From Paramecium tetraurelia (taxonomy: Eukaryota), in contig CT868028.1 in assembly GCA_000165425.1 (NCBI GenBank), forward strand, positions 62,001-108,751: a stretch of DNA of 46,751 nt. Direction: 5' to 3'. The translations under genes were made by a program, and so were the position numbers. The stretch's first letter is position 1, and the number at the start of each line of letters is the position of its first letter. The notes beneath the pieces were generated by a model that had not been told where the DNA came from, searched no databases, and saw only the letters and a program-made list of their open reading frames with translations. Of this stretch, positions 11,912 to 25,364 are shown piece after piece.

Positions 11912-13014
11912 TCATTATGGTTTTTTAATGTTCTTGCTCTTCGGACCCAAGGGAGTGAAATGGTTGGTAGAACCTCTCCTATCAAGGAAGTTCTTGATCA
12001 TTTCTGAACTAACTCTAGAGGAAATTGAGCTGCCCACTCTATAAGGCGTTATGGAACTCAATCTTCTTTTTAGCAATCTAAAAAATGAAGTAAAAATTGT
12101 ACTCTTATTATTGCTTCTATTCATTCCTCTTCTTGACATTTAATTATTATGTTAGATTCTACCCTACCTTATCTCTTTAAGAACTTGGAGGAATCATGTA
12201 TGATCTATCCAGTTATACAGGAGTTTCACCTAATTCTCCCCAAGTCATCAAGGGAGTTTTCATGTTTTGAGGAGCAGGCGAGAAGAGACCAAGCATGTCA
12301 TCATCTTCAAATCTTTGGGCTCCAACCAAATTTGGAGTGCTTCCATAGAATACATTAACACCCTATGCATTTAAGCATTCTTGAAGTTTTCTCTTTTGAA
12401 GCTTTTAGTCTATTTGATCGATTGCAAAGTCTAAGGGTATATGATGATCAGAAAATCTCGTATTTTGAATTTCGACTTTTTGCAAATTCAAAGAGTTGTC
12501 AGTTTCTTTGAGTTCTTAGATTGCTGGTTGTAGTCTAAATAGCATGTATTCTTACCTTTCATTTCTGGGGTCCATTCTAAAATACAAAGGATTCAAAGCC
12601 TTGTATTCATTTAATTGGAGGTTGTTTTCTCTGTTGCCTTCAATCATGTGCTATAATTTATCAGATTGAAGTGCTGCTTATTTAAGTCTGTGTTATTCTT
12701 CCACTTAAAACATCCATGCATGTTTTTAGTACCATTAATCATCACCCTTCTTGATAATTTGATTTAAGGTGACATTTTCATCAGAAGTGTAGGTACTGAG
12801 AAATTTGCTCAATGACATATTTTCATCTGGGTTTCTAATTTCTGATTATTTAAAAATACTACCCATCCTCGTTTCTCATTTTGTCTAGTTTATACAATTC
12901 AGGATAGTAGTCTCTCTTGATTATGATTTCCAATCTTCTCAAGTATTCCTCCTCAGGTAACACATTCCCCTCTACTCTCTGTATGGGTTTAGGCACAGGA
13001 AACTCATCACTCAT
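11912..13014 (-). CDS. ESS2: splicing factor ESS2/DGCR14 (Es2) homolog
   Basis: VLPEEEYLRRLEIIIKRDYYPELYKL and MSLSKFLSTYTSDEN match the conserved Es2 N-terminal blocks (VLDEEEY...IQRDFFP; LSLD.FL..YTSEDN). Confidence 0.82.
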
Positions 13015-13079
13015 TTTTAATTTATATATATAGTATAATAATCATCGTTCACCTAAAGTAACTACGAAAATTTAATTCA

Positions 13080-15237
13080 TCAGACACTTCCATGCTCAAA
13101 TTTCTTTTTAAGAATGGCTCGTAATTCTCTTTCCCAATCCTACTCTAACTACTCTTCTCATGAGAACAAATGTGTTTCAAAGGTTCCTTAATTTATTAAC
13201 TACTTGCCTACAATTCTATATAAGATGGACTGCTCATGTTTAGTTGAGATTAAAAGTAACTCTAAAATGACTCAATTTCGCTTTTATTCTACTCTTCAGT
13301 TGTCTTGTTATCAGCAACATCCCAAAATAAAACGTTAACCGCAGATGTATCAAATAGATACTTAGGATACTTAATTGGTTACGAGGTTACTAATTTTAGT
13401 GTTTCAGAGTTCTCCCCCTTCGATTTGGTTTCCTTTCTTAACTTCACTTTATAAATGTTCTGCATCAAAATCTGTAAATTTTCAGTCATTTGATCTAAAG
13501 TATCATTGTTCAACAACATCATTTCATCCATTTCTATCATATTGTGATAGCAAAGAGCTATTTTCTACAATTTGTTTTTTTCATCTTATAAATCCTTGCT
13601 TAATTACTTATATTTCCTCGTCTTTGCTTTTTAATTAGCATATCTCTTTTTTGTTTAAACTACTGTCTCTTATTGTTTCTACTTTAAATCCATAACCTAA
13701 TTTTCCAAACTTTGTTTTTCTGATTTTAAAATAAATAACTCTTCTTATAATCTCTAATATTTTTTAATAGTTCCAAAAGAATCTATTACATCTTGTTTGA
13801 CTTCCATTTCCTTGGTTCCTTTTTCAGGCACCCATAAAACCCCAACTCCATGATAATGCAAATGAGTCCATTGATAATTGAGTTCCTTATTAATCATAGC
13901 TTGAATATGATCAGAGGCTGTAAACTATTATCTAAATATCTTCCTTTATTCTTCTAGCTTCTCAATAATCTTCAACATCATCTCTTGTTATTACTTATCA
14001 TCAACTCTAGCTCTTTGTAGTTCATTAATTTTGATTTCATAATCCTTAATTACTCTATTGAGACTCTCGTCATTATCGAATCCAACAATGTTCTTAGACA
14101 CATTATTTTCAATCTTCTTAGCATTTGTACCAAATCTCAAAGTGGATAATGTCTATTCAAATTAACTATAACATGGATTAACACAAAGAATGATAGCAGT
14201 TCTGGAATTACCCCCCAAAGAAGATCGCAATATTTTGGTTAGGGGTGAATTTCTATAGGGAATATGTTGATCGCTAAAACGATATCAATTGGATGATTAC
14301 TTTTTATCCTGGGCTCTCAATGAAATGACTTAAGTTAAAAAGAATAGACTCTTATTAATATGTTTTGATTCATTCTATCTATCCTTGTATTGGGTTCCTC
14401 CATTCCCACCAGCTGATGTGCCTCTCTTCTTAAGCATTGAATCATGGATATTGATCTTTTCAGATCCTGCCAAATCCACAAAATTCAGAATTGACTCTGT
14501 AATTACTGAATTAGGTCCAATGTAATTGGGAACACATCTGACATACAATCTAAAAATCGTGTGAGATCGACTACTGCAATGGTTCATCACTGTTGAAGCA
14601 TAATGCCTGTTGCTTTCTCCAAATTAGAGGATGTCCATGATTTCATTAATGTTGGTCACTACTTCCTCGATTGCTCCTTTGATTACAAACTCTTTATTGT
14701 AATCCTCATTGATCAGTAAAGTTTCACTCAATCTCTCTTGAGTAGCCAATAAGTCATAGACTTAATCAGTATAGATTTCAACATAACTACACCTTAAGAA
14801 ATATTATCTATCAGATTGCTTTGCTATTTCTCCAAACAAATCCTTCAATCCTTGTTTTAGAATGCCTTCCTCCTAATCGTAACCCATCATAGTGTATGTT
14901 TTACCACTCCCAGTCTAACCGTACATGAATACGGTGCCATTAATGCCTTACAAAGATGATAGAGTAATCCTCTAAATTTATTATTAATAAATAAATTTGG
15001 TGGTGTGTTTGGAATCAAAACATTAGTCTATTCATTATTGATTAAAAAGGCTTTACTAAATGTAAATTCCACTCTCTATCCAGGGACGAACTTCCTCATT
15101 CTTACTAAATCATTGAATCTATCATTTGAAATTGTAATCGTGTCTTGGTTCTGAACTGACCAGATTTCCAAATCATTATTGTCTCTTTCAGCGCCATTGG
15201 AAGGCCTGATTCTGACCACAACTTGGATGTTCTCCAT
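13080..15237 (-). CDS. kinesin with N-terminal motor (kinesin-7/CENP-E-like)
   Basis: [25 protein letters not shown] (P-loop), SSRSHTIFR (switch I), [10 protein letters not shown] (switch II), [23 protein letters not shown], then coiled coil. Confidence 0.93.
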
Positions 15238-15322
15238 TTATTTTAAATTAAATTATTAACAGATAATTTACGCTGAAATGAATTATTATATATTGATATT
15301 AATATTTCTGATAATTCATTAA

Positions 15323-16494
15323 TCAAAAGACCTCTTCTCTGATTTAAAGGAATTCGGAGGCAGCACTCACCTTCTAAGTAAGGACTTCTTATAATCTTTC
15401 GACGACTTCCAATTATTATTCTCTTTCAAAAGTTTAAGCTTCGTATTAAGCTTCTTATTCGGCAGCCCATCTCTCTTAAATGGCCAATGAATCTTCAGCA
15501 TCTTCAAGGAATAACTAAGAGGGGATTAATCGTAAAGGTTACAGTTTAGTCTTCCAAATCTTCAACAGCCTCTTGGATGGTGACTTTGAATTGAACAATT
15601 GAGTTCTCTAAGAAAGCCTTTCTCTCAACTAATCTCTTGTGTTCCTCTGTCAAGTGACCACTTTAGACTTCCCAGTTGGCAGCTTATTTCTCTTCTGTTG
15701 CAAGGAGGGAAGCTCTGCTGGCAACCAATTGTTATCTGATTTGAGCCAAGAGTTCCAAGATCTTGATGATGCTCTTGTTGTCGACCTTTGAGGCCAATTG
15801 TGTCAAGGCGTTGATGAGTGGCTATTGATATAGTTTATTTAATACCTTGAAGAGAGCATGTTTGCTTTCCATCAATTTGGCTTAGACTTTCTCGAATCTG
15901 CTCTTGAGTTGAGCAAATGCAACACCTGCTTACAAATGTTAAACAATCTTTGAGGCTTCGTCAATGGCATCGATTTAATCAACATGTTCAGCATCCTTTC
16001 TAACCCATGTTTCGTGTTGTGAATTTCTAGTAGCTTATTCATCAGCAAAGCTCTTTTCGTTATTGGCAATATCGGATGTGACAACTCTGACTTCTACTTC
16101 AGCTTCACCCAAAGCCTCAGTGGTGGAGTCTCTCAAATTAGAAAGAGCAACAATCTAAGTTTAATGATAAGCGATCTCTTATTCTAAGTCAGCGATGATC
16201 TATTCAAATTTATACGAGTTTCAATACCTTTTCAAAGGCAACTGTGTCACTTTCGTGAACCTTGTCGGCTTTCTTTTAATCTCCATTGAGTTATGAAGCA
16301 ATGTTGTTCAAGAGGATTTAGATTTCTCCCACTGGGCCTCCTGTTGCCAATTGAAGTTGAAGGACTGACAATATTGAGTTTCCAAATGAATCCTTATTGA
16401 TTTAAGCCAAAACTTCTTTTGGACTCTCACTTCTTGTTACTCTTGCAGTAGCGACTGCCAAGATAAGTGCCAATACAGGAATTATTCTTGCCAT
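15323..16494 (-). CDS. TMP4: trichocyst matrix protein precursor, T4 family
   Basis: Signal peptide, then ...LQLQLATGGPVGEIQILLNNIASQLNGDQKKADKVHESDTVAFEK and C-terminal QIREEVF, characteristic of Paramecium T4 TMPs; one intron at about 16200-16227. Confidence 0.9.
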
Positions 16495-17051
16495 GTTAAA
16501 ATTAATAATGAAATATAATCAAATCAGACACAGAAGAGACATTAAAAAAAAAACCCGTTTTTCAATTATTTGTTAAAATATAAAAATAAACATTTTTTAT
16601 TATTATGTTTTTGTTAGATTTAATCATCCTACTTATTAACATTTTAATAGCATAAACATATTCTCACTCGAATAAGTCTTCTCACCAACATATAGAAAAT
16701 TTACTAATACAAAATTATTACTTATTAATAATTATAAATTTTCAACTATAAACAATTTTAGATAAATTATATGAATTTTTAGTAAATCTTACATAGTAAT
16801 ATAAAGCATTGGAATTCAGTCTTCTTTTTTCTAATTTTTAGGGAAATCTCGTTCAGATGATTGATAAAGTCCAGATAGTTATTGGAAGTACCTATTGTGT
16901 AGAGTGTATGATTAAATGGTATTCGACTAATATGATATTGGGTTGATGGTTTTTTAATAGATTTTGGTCATGAAAATTGGAGTTAATGATTAACAATAGA
17001 TTATGGGTTTTTAAAAAATAATTTATTTATCTTTTATTACTAATCTATATA

Positions 17052-19949
17052 ATGAGTAATTCAGGAGATGATATTCAATTACTAAAAAAAACTATTAATG
17101 AGAAAGACTAACAGATAGGTGACCTCGAAAAAAAATTGAGATTAGAGTAATTTAGAGTCAAAAAGCAATAGAACGAACTAAATGCAAAAATAGAAAATGA
17201 GAAATCCACTGCCCAAAATAACGCTGATCAAATCAATCGCTTTGAATTGCAGATAAGTGATCTCAAATCTAAGGTAGCTATGAAATTCATATTTAAGTTA
17301 AGCGAAACTGAAAAAAAAAATTTGTAATTAATAGAGGAAATAAGTGCCTTGAAGAAAAGAAGAGCATCAGGTTCCACAGACGAAGATTTTCAACCGAAGA
17401 AAGAGCATCAAGGAGATTTTCCCTCTCTCCAATAGATTCTAGGAATAATACAGGCTAATCAAGGCAATTACCAACCTGAACTTACTAAAATGTATGAATG
17501 TTACACAGAGGCTTGCCAAAGTAAAGACGAACAGATAAATTCTCTAAAGGAGGAAATTAAGGATCTTACTCAACAACTAGATATTAAAGTATGCTTATTG
17601 GTAATCAATATTGTAGTAATCTGATTCAACAAAATAACTGGAACAACTAGAAGAGCGAATTAAATCATTAAAATAGAGTCTTGATGAGAGAGAGAATGAA
17701 TTGAAGAATGTTGTTCAATAAACAAGTGATAACAGCGATCAGAAGATCTAAGAATTAGAAAAATAATATCAAACTTAATTAAGCGAAAAAGATAAATAAT
17801 TATAAGAAACTACTAAGAAAGCTAAGTTTGATGTTTTCAAGTTAAATAAACAACTTACTGAATAGAAGACCGTGGTCGAGAGTGAACAAGCCAAGACTAA
17901 CTTGCTTCAACAACAAATTGATAGACAAGAGAGTTCTTTGAGAGAATTCGAGATCAAGGTAAAATAAATAATTTAAATAATTCAAGCTTTCTGAATTAGA
18001 ATAAAAGAATTTACTCCTGATTGAAGAGGCTAAGCAAAAGTAATAAGAAATTGAGAGACTGAATGAGGAAAGTCTCACTAGAGTCTAGGTTGAAGAGATT
18101 CCTTAGGATAAACCATCATATGAGGAATTGGTTGAGTTTATTTAGAAATTTTAAGTTAATGAGATTAATTATCAATAAGAACTGAAGAATTTAGAGGAGG
18201 AATTGAACTTGAAAAATACTCATTCTTTCGAATTATAAGAGGAATTGAATCAATATATTGAAAAAGTCTAGTTGCAGGATAGAAAAGTAATCTGATTTGC
18301 TTAAATTTAGTATTAAGAGAGCATGAGAGCAATTAAAGCGTTGGAAGAATAATAGATTAGTGAAAGATAAGTGGCCTAAGAATTGTAACACTATGTTGAA
18401 CAATTAAAATAAGAGAAAGAACATTAATAAGCAGAATTCATACATAAAATTAAAGAACTAGGTGAACATAATACTAACGTTGATGATGCCGTTAATGATG
18501 TGGAATAGAAGTTTCAAAAGATGATGATGATTCAAGAAGAGCAATATCAAAGAAGAGAGTAGGAATTAATTCATTAAATTGAATAATCAGAGGAAAAATT
18601 AAGTTAACAAGAATAATTATTGAAGAAGTAAGAACAGAAGTATAAAAATGAAATCAAATAATCAGAAGAAAATAACAGTCAAATGATTTAATAGAAACAA
18701 CTGTAAGTTACTTAGTTACAAAAATAACTATAGGATGAAACACATAAGATTAGAGAGGATAGTAACAAATAGATAAATGAACTTAAATAAGAAAACTATA
18801 AAAAAGAGAAATCACTTGAATAAAAGATCTAAGAGGTTACAAAGTAGTATGAGGGTGAACTTAGTAAGATTAGAAAGATGGAAATAGTGTTAAAGAAGAA
18901 GGAAAGAGAGATTGCAGAAGAAAAAGAAGCAAAGAAGTTTGCTGAAGAATAATTATAAATTCTAACAGAGAAAAGTAATAAGATGATCGAACAATATGAT
19001 AACAAAATCAAAGAAATTTAGATAGCAAATCAAGTAAACAAGCAGGATTAGCATAGAAATTCCATTTTTGATTAGAGAATGTCAATTTCAAGTTCAGACA
19101 TAAACAAAACATTCGAAATTGAAGTCTTGAAGGCTCAAATTGAATAATTACAATCTAAAGGAGATATAGAATTATAGGCTGAAATCAATAGATTAAATGA
19201 AAGAGAAAGAGCATTAAAAAAAGAACTGCTTGATTTATAGAATGAAATAGGAAATGAAAGACTCAACTTTATGGTTGTTTAAAGATAGTTGGAAAAGGAG
19301 GTAGAAAGCTTGCATTAAGAAATTAACAATCTTAAATAGGATCATCAAAGTGAGTTAGATGAAATTAATAAAGAAAGTAATAAAAATTTGTCATCTTAAA
19401 AAAATGATTTCTAAACCAAAATTAATAAATTGGAATAAAAGTTGGAACTACAAGCGTCCTAGTTTTCAAAGAAGCAAAATGACATTGAAGAAGAGAAAGA
19501 AAATATTATTTAATAATTAAAGAGTATAATATATTCATCTATATATCTTAGTTAAGATTAAATCACTCGAAGAATAAATAATTGAGCTGAAAGATAAGAA
19601 AACCATTAAGAATAATTCTCAGCAAGTGGTCACATAAGATGATACTATATAGCTTTAATAGGAAATCGTTTCTTTGAATGAAAAGGAGAGAGTATTGAGG
19701 AAGGAGTTATTGGATTTGTAAAATGAGATAGGGAATTTGAAATTGAGTCACACTATAAAAATCAGAGAGTTGGAAACTTTGAGTGAGTAGTATAAATAAG
19801 AAGCCAATCATGCTCAGTAAGAGTAGGATTATGCAGAATAAATGGCAGCCAAACTTAGTGTGTAATATGCAGAATTGGCTATGGAATATGAAAATGTAAT
19901 ACTACAAAACAGAACTTATCGGAAATCAATATCAAAACTTAAGTAATGA
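17052..19949 (+). CDS. large Q/E/K-rich coiled-coil protein
   Basis: About 2.9 kb code-6 frame from MSNSGDDIQLLKK, heptad-like composition, several tiny introns, TGA at 19947-19949. Confidence 0.85.
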
Positions 19950-20102
19950 AATACATTTATTATCATTATTACGAATTATATACTATGAGTATAAATTATA
20001 ATGAATGATCTTTTCTATTGATTTTAGGAATTGATGAGGATATATCTAACTGTAAGGTATTTTTAACAAAGGTTCTGTAATATTTTTCATTTTTATAATA
20101 AT

Positions 20103-22548
20103 ATGAAATCCAAAAATATAAACAACGATAGTTCAAGCGAGGATGATGCTAAGGTCTATGAGACTCTAACAAAACTACCTCCAGCCAATGACTTGATGCC
20201 ACGGAAATTGACAATTGATATTGATGTGAAATCCTTGTTTCCTTTAAAGTGAGAATTTTATTTTCGAAAAGTCAAGACCTTTGCCTTAATTCAATCAGTT
20301 TTATTCCACATTCATTGAAGAAACATAGACGACGCAACAATCTGTAGAAACGGTGCAGCAGGAGGAAAGAACATTGCTTGAATATTTCGATGAGAATAAA
20401 TAACACTTAATTTACAAACGATTTGATCAACTTGATCTATCCAAACGGAGTCCAAATGATAGAACTTATTTTTCAACTCTATTTGCTAATTTCAAGAAGT
20501 TCATTTAGCATATCATTTAATAGATCATATCCATAAGTATATTTTCGAGGAGATCCACTATTTGATTAGAAGCTCATTCCATGTCAAACCGATTAATTGA
20601 AGTTTGATTCAAATTTCGAATCTGGAAATTTGTTTTGTGCCTTCAAAAGAGCTGAAGATGTCTATGATCTAATACTTCAGAACGACATCAATACTCGAGG
20701 CAATACACAATGGTTTTTTTTTAGTGTAACTGGAGCCAGAGCTGGCCAAACAGTTTAATTTAATTTACTCAATCATGTATTATAAATTAGTAGTACTAGC
20801 TCAAAAGCAGCAGTTTATTTAACGAAGGATTGCAACCGGCCATCTATTCAATCAAAGAGAACGAAATCAATAAGAATGAATGGACTCGAGGTGGATTCAA
20901 CATCAGTTATTTCAAGAGTCCCTTTATTAAAGAATACCCGTAAGCCATGAGAGCCAAATATTACTAATTGCGATTCAGTTACACCTTCAAACACAATAAT
21001 GATAAGGTTTATTTTGCCCATTCCTATCCCTATACATACACTAACCTCTTAGAATTTTTGAATTCAATTCTTGATAACCCTGATAAGAATCAATATATGT
21101 CCAGGAAATCATTGTGTACAACCCTGGGAGGGAACACATGCGAAGTACTGACAATAACATCCAACTCAATTTAACGTAGAGCATATAGAAAGGGAGTAGT
21201 CTTTTTGGCCAGACAACACCCAGGAGAACCGCAGGGATCGTATGTAATGTAGGGGATTATAGAGTACTTGACTTCGAATAACCCTTAAGCAGAATATTTG
21301 AGATAGAATTGCATCTTTAAAATATTTCCCATGATGAATAGCGATGGAGTTGTAAATGGAAATTACAGATGTGGTTTGGAAGGTGGCGATTTGAATAGAA
21401 GATGGAAAAAACCTAATAAGTATTTGCACCCAACTGTTTATTATGCCAAGAAATACATTAAAGGATTTAGTAAGGAAAGGCAAATCATTTTAGTGATTGA
21501 TTTACATGGTCATTCAAGAAAGCAATCATCATTTGTCTATGGATGTGCTTATTCCTCTTAAGTCAAGACTATAGAGAGGGTCTTCGCCTTACTTATGGCT
21601 AAAATGAATCCTTTCATGGATTATTCATCTTGCACTTTTAAGGTTGAGAGTTCAAAGGATAAGACTGCAAGAATTCAGATCTGGAGAGAATTGAAAATCA
21701 ATTGGGTATACACATATGAATGCAGTTTCTTTGGGCAACAGAAGAAACATTTCTAAATCAAAGATTATATCAACTGTGGAGTAAGCATCTGTAACTCCTT
21801 ATCTTAAATTGTAAAAGACACATCCAAAGAATTCACAAATTAAGCCAATATTCCAGATATTTAGTAATAAATCCTAGAGGAATTAGGAAAGATGCCTTAA
21901 ACTGATGATCAAGATCAAGGGTCGGATAATAGTTAATCAGATGCAGAATTGTCCGATGATGAAATTGTACAATTGTTTTAACCTAAAACTTATTCTTTGA
22001 AATAGAAGAACTTTCTTAAATAACTAGATACAAAAAAGAAACAGATCACTACTAAACAAACATTAGTTACTCAAAAAAACAGTATATTATAGGAATCACC
22101 ATCCAAAAACTAATAATAACATTAGGATAATAAACTTCCTATTAACAGTCTAAAACCTAAAAATGTTACATAAAGGATTCCATTACACGTTAAATTACGA
22201 TAAATTGAACCAGTTAGAGAATAGTAATAGTAGCCAACCAAGGTTGATAAAAGTTGCCAAACTGATGATTGGATGTATAGATAATGGTTGATTCAAATTG
22301 GAAAACAGAAAAAAAAAGAAGAATATCAAAGCTAAACGCCTACAAGAAACATCTAAAAGTCTTCATCACAATCAGCCACTAGGTTCATTGTTAAAAATAC
22401 ATCTAAACCTGATCGAGGACGAATTGATTCTATTTCTTTAGTTAATTCTGGAATATAAAAAAGTATTAATAATATTAAAATATTATTAGCTTCATTTAGT
22501 TAACAAAGATAGATTATGAGATATTCAGGAAGCAACTTTATGTACTGA
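20103..22548 (+). CDS. cytosolic carboxypeptidase (M14D, CCP/AGBL tubulin deglutamylase family)
   Basis: FDSNFESGNL, NTQWFFFSV, FAHSYPYTY, ARQHPGE (Zn ligands), PMMNSDGVVNGNYRC, DLNRRW, IDLHGHSRK, YTYECSF. Confidence 0.93.
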
Positions 22549-22674
22549 TCTAAGTTCAATTTTGTTTTTTTAAATTAATTCATTAACTTTAAGGTTTGAG
22601 AATTAAATTCTCCATATTATCTATTTAATAAAAGTAGATGATAGAAATTATGTATAGTAATAATATGATTTAAA

Positions 22675-23103
22675 TCAATCTAATTGCAGATTTGCAAATT
22701 TCACTTCAGCTCTTTTATGCTTTCTTGGAAATTGAGGTCTATCTTCAAGTTTTTACTAAGAAATTATATAATCTTATACTTCTGATTAACCTTCCACCCC
22801 TAATTAAATAGGCCCATGTCCTTTTCTTACACCGAAAAGTGTCTCACCTCCTATTTTATGTTAAAGTTCCTAAATTCGTTTCGAAATCTGATATTTTGTT
22901 GTTTATTTTTCAGGGTGATTTCCAGAAAACAAGGGCTTTGCTTTATTCTAACTTGGTTCCTAATAATCTATCACTGTAAAAATTGATTTATTCAAAGTTG
23001 ATTGCCTCAAATTTAAAATTTTCTTTGGCTTCTCTATCTCCAAAATCTCCCATTCATCATCGTATTGTTGATTTTAAAATTGTTATTGGGGATTATTTCC
23101 CAT
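22675..23103 (-). CDS. small hypothetical protein (possible N-myristoylation, MGNN)
   Basis: Code-6 frame MGNNPQQQFQNQQYDDEWEILEIEKPKK...; one GTA..TAG intron; ends RPQFPRKHKRAEVKFANLQLD-TGA. Confidence 0.7.
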
Positions 23104-23252
23104 CTTTTGATTTTCTATAATTTTATTATATATTAAATAATGAAACCATATCATCTTTAAATTTAATCATATTTACATAAACACTATATAGTATTACCAT
23201 ATTCTTAACAATTCTTGTGTAGAATAATTTAGCAATCCAATTTAAAAAACTT

Positions 23253-23623
23253 TCATTTCTTGAATATATTGGCATCTTTGGAACAAAAAATTAGGAAATG
23301 GACCTTTCCTTCTTCTTTATGAATCGTACTTTGTCGAGTTATATAAAATTCAACTATAAAATATTCAATTATTATAGATTAAATATTGTCATGTAAAAAA
23401 GGTCATGTCAATAAGTTTCTCATGGTCTTTTGGCTTGGTTTCTTACTGAATTTATTAATTTAGGTTAATTAGAACCTGGAAGTTTGATTGAAGGGGTCAT
23501 CGGTGAATCTAAACCATCATTCTTATCCCACATCTCATAAGAAATGGATTTATTAGATCCATCAAGATTTTTTTGGCTGAGTTCAATAGATCTTTATGAC
23601 TTTCTCTCCATTGCTGATTGCAT
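23253..23623 (-). pseudogene. short hypothetical gene or remnant with a broken frame
   Basis: ATG at 23623 (MQSAMERKSQRSIELSQKNLDGS...) reaches TGA early; coding-like sequence continues in another frame. Confidence 0.35.
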
Positions 23624-23739
23624 AAATTTATTGTTTAAGATATTGAAAGAACTCATAAACTTTAAAACAATTATTAAAAAATTATATATTATTTTATATA
23701 ACATCTGCAACTACTCATTAATATTAATCATAACATTAG

Positions 23740-23887
23740 TATTACTTGATAAATATTAATTGAGAATCATATATGATAATATAACCCTTTGTTTTTTTTC
23801 TAAAATTTAAGTTTATTTTAGAATATAGAAAAGCTACTTTAATCATACAATCTTTATAAATATTAAGATAAATTTAACATAAAATCA
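23740..23887. repeat. duplicated Rab 3' flank, copy 1 (pairs with about 25207-25364)
   Basis: Shared blocks AAAATTTAAGTTTATTTT, AAAAGCTACTTTA, CATACAATCTTTATAAATATT, AAAATCAGCA. Confidence 0.85.
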
Positions 23888-25087
23888 GCAATTACAAGAT
23901 AGGCTTTAATTTCTATTTTCGATTTGTACTGTTTTTTGATTACTTTGAATTTGTTGTTTTTCGTTTAACTTAAGAAATTGCTCCAGAACATAATTTATTG
24001 GATCTTCTAGAGGATTGTCATATCTAGCTGACGTTTCATAGAATTTCAATTTTAGATCTTAAGCCAATTATTATCCTTCTGTTGAACTTACTTATCTACT
24101 AGAGTTTAAATCGATTTTATTTCCAATAAGTACATTTATTGTATTGCGTGATGCTGATTTTTTGGCCAAATTTATCCATTTAATTATTCCCTAAAAAGTA
24201 TCCTTTGATGTGATATTATAGATGAAAAAAACACTGTTAGCATTATTACAATGTGGTTAAACGATTGGCATAAATGCCTCTTAACCTGAAGTATCCCAAA
24301 GAATTATCTTTAACTTTTTTCCCTAAAATTCAACAATTTTATCATAACAGTCAACCCCAATGGTTGGTGTTGTTGAAATTATAGTTTAGAAACAGTATTT
24401 CTAATAGAGTGAACTCTTACCAATTCCATTATCTCCAAGCAAAATAATTTTTAATATCTGATCAAACTACTTAGTCTTTTTATTTAACATCGGTACTATT
24501 TAATTTGACAAGGCAACATTAATTTGATTCTTTTAAATATTTTATTTTTATTCCAATTCCTTTTACTTAAGAAATTGCTCCAGAACATAATTTATTGGAT
24601 CTTCTAGAATTCTGTCCTGGAGAACTGAGGTTTCAAAGAATTCAAGGCGATTTTCTTAAGCGAATTATTTTCCTTTATCATAACTTACCTTTCTATTACT
24701 GTTTAAATCTATTTTATTTCCAATCAGTATTTTTATTACATCAGGTGATGCTAATTATTCGACATCATTCAACAACCTAAGCACTTCCTCAAAGGGTTTT
24801 TAGTTTGTGATGTCATAGAAGAAAAAAAAACAGTTAGCATTCTTAAATTAAGTTTAATTGATAGACCTATATCTCTCTTAACCAGCAGTATCCCAAATTT
24901 ATATACGAATCATTTTTCCCTAATACCCAACAGATTTATATTTGAAATCCACCCCAATAGTTGTTTATGAAGGGTCAAATTTTCCTGTTACATATTTTAA
25001 GAGGAGCGTAGTCTTTCCAGTATCAGTATCGCCAAGGAATAGAATTTTTATTTAATGTTGAAATTTCTCTTACTCTATTTTCTACAT
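23885..25087 (-). CDS. tandem double-Rab GTPase (two Rab domains in one 400-aa ORF, C-terminal CXC)
   Basis: 1203 nt with no TGA and no intron. Domain 1: GDTDTGKT, TIGVDF, WDTAGQERY, GNKID, FETSV. Domain 2: GDNGIGKS, TIGVDC, WDTSGQEAF, GNKID, YETSAR; ends SCNC-TGA. Confidence 0.88.
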
Positions 25088-25206
25088 CTTTTCATAATTA
25101 AAGAAAATTTTTCTGAAATTTAAAGATAGAAATAAATAGTAATAGAATTTCATATAATTTCATTTAAAAATTAAACATCATTATTAAATTCCTTTAAAAT
25201 ATAATA

Positions 25207-25364
25207 TTATTACTACATGATAAATATTGAATGAGAATTTTATCAATTAATATAATTCCTTTGTATTATTAACTAAAAATTTAAGTTTATTTTGAAATAT
25301 ATAAAAGCTACTTTAGAATTCATACAATCTTTATAAATATTTATGTAAATTTATTACAAAATCA
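25207..25364. repeat. duplicated Rab 3' flank, copy 2
   Basis: Same blocks as 23740-23887 in the same order. Confidence 0.85.

Noticed and set aside
25088..25095. ATG at 25095 as the start of the double Rab
   Set aside because: Out of frame with the GTPase domains; ATG 25087 is in frame.
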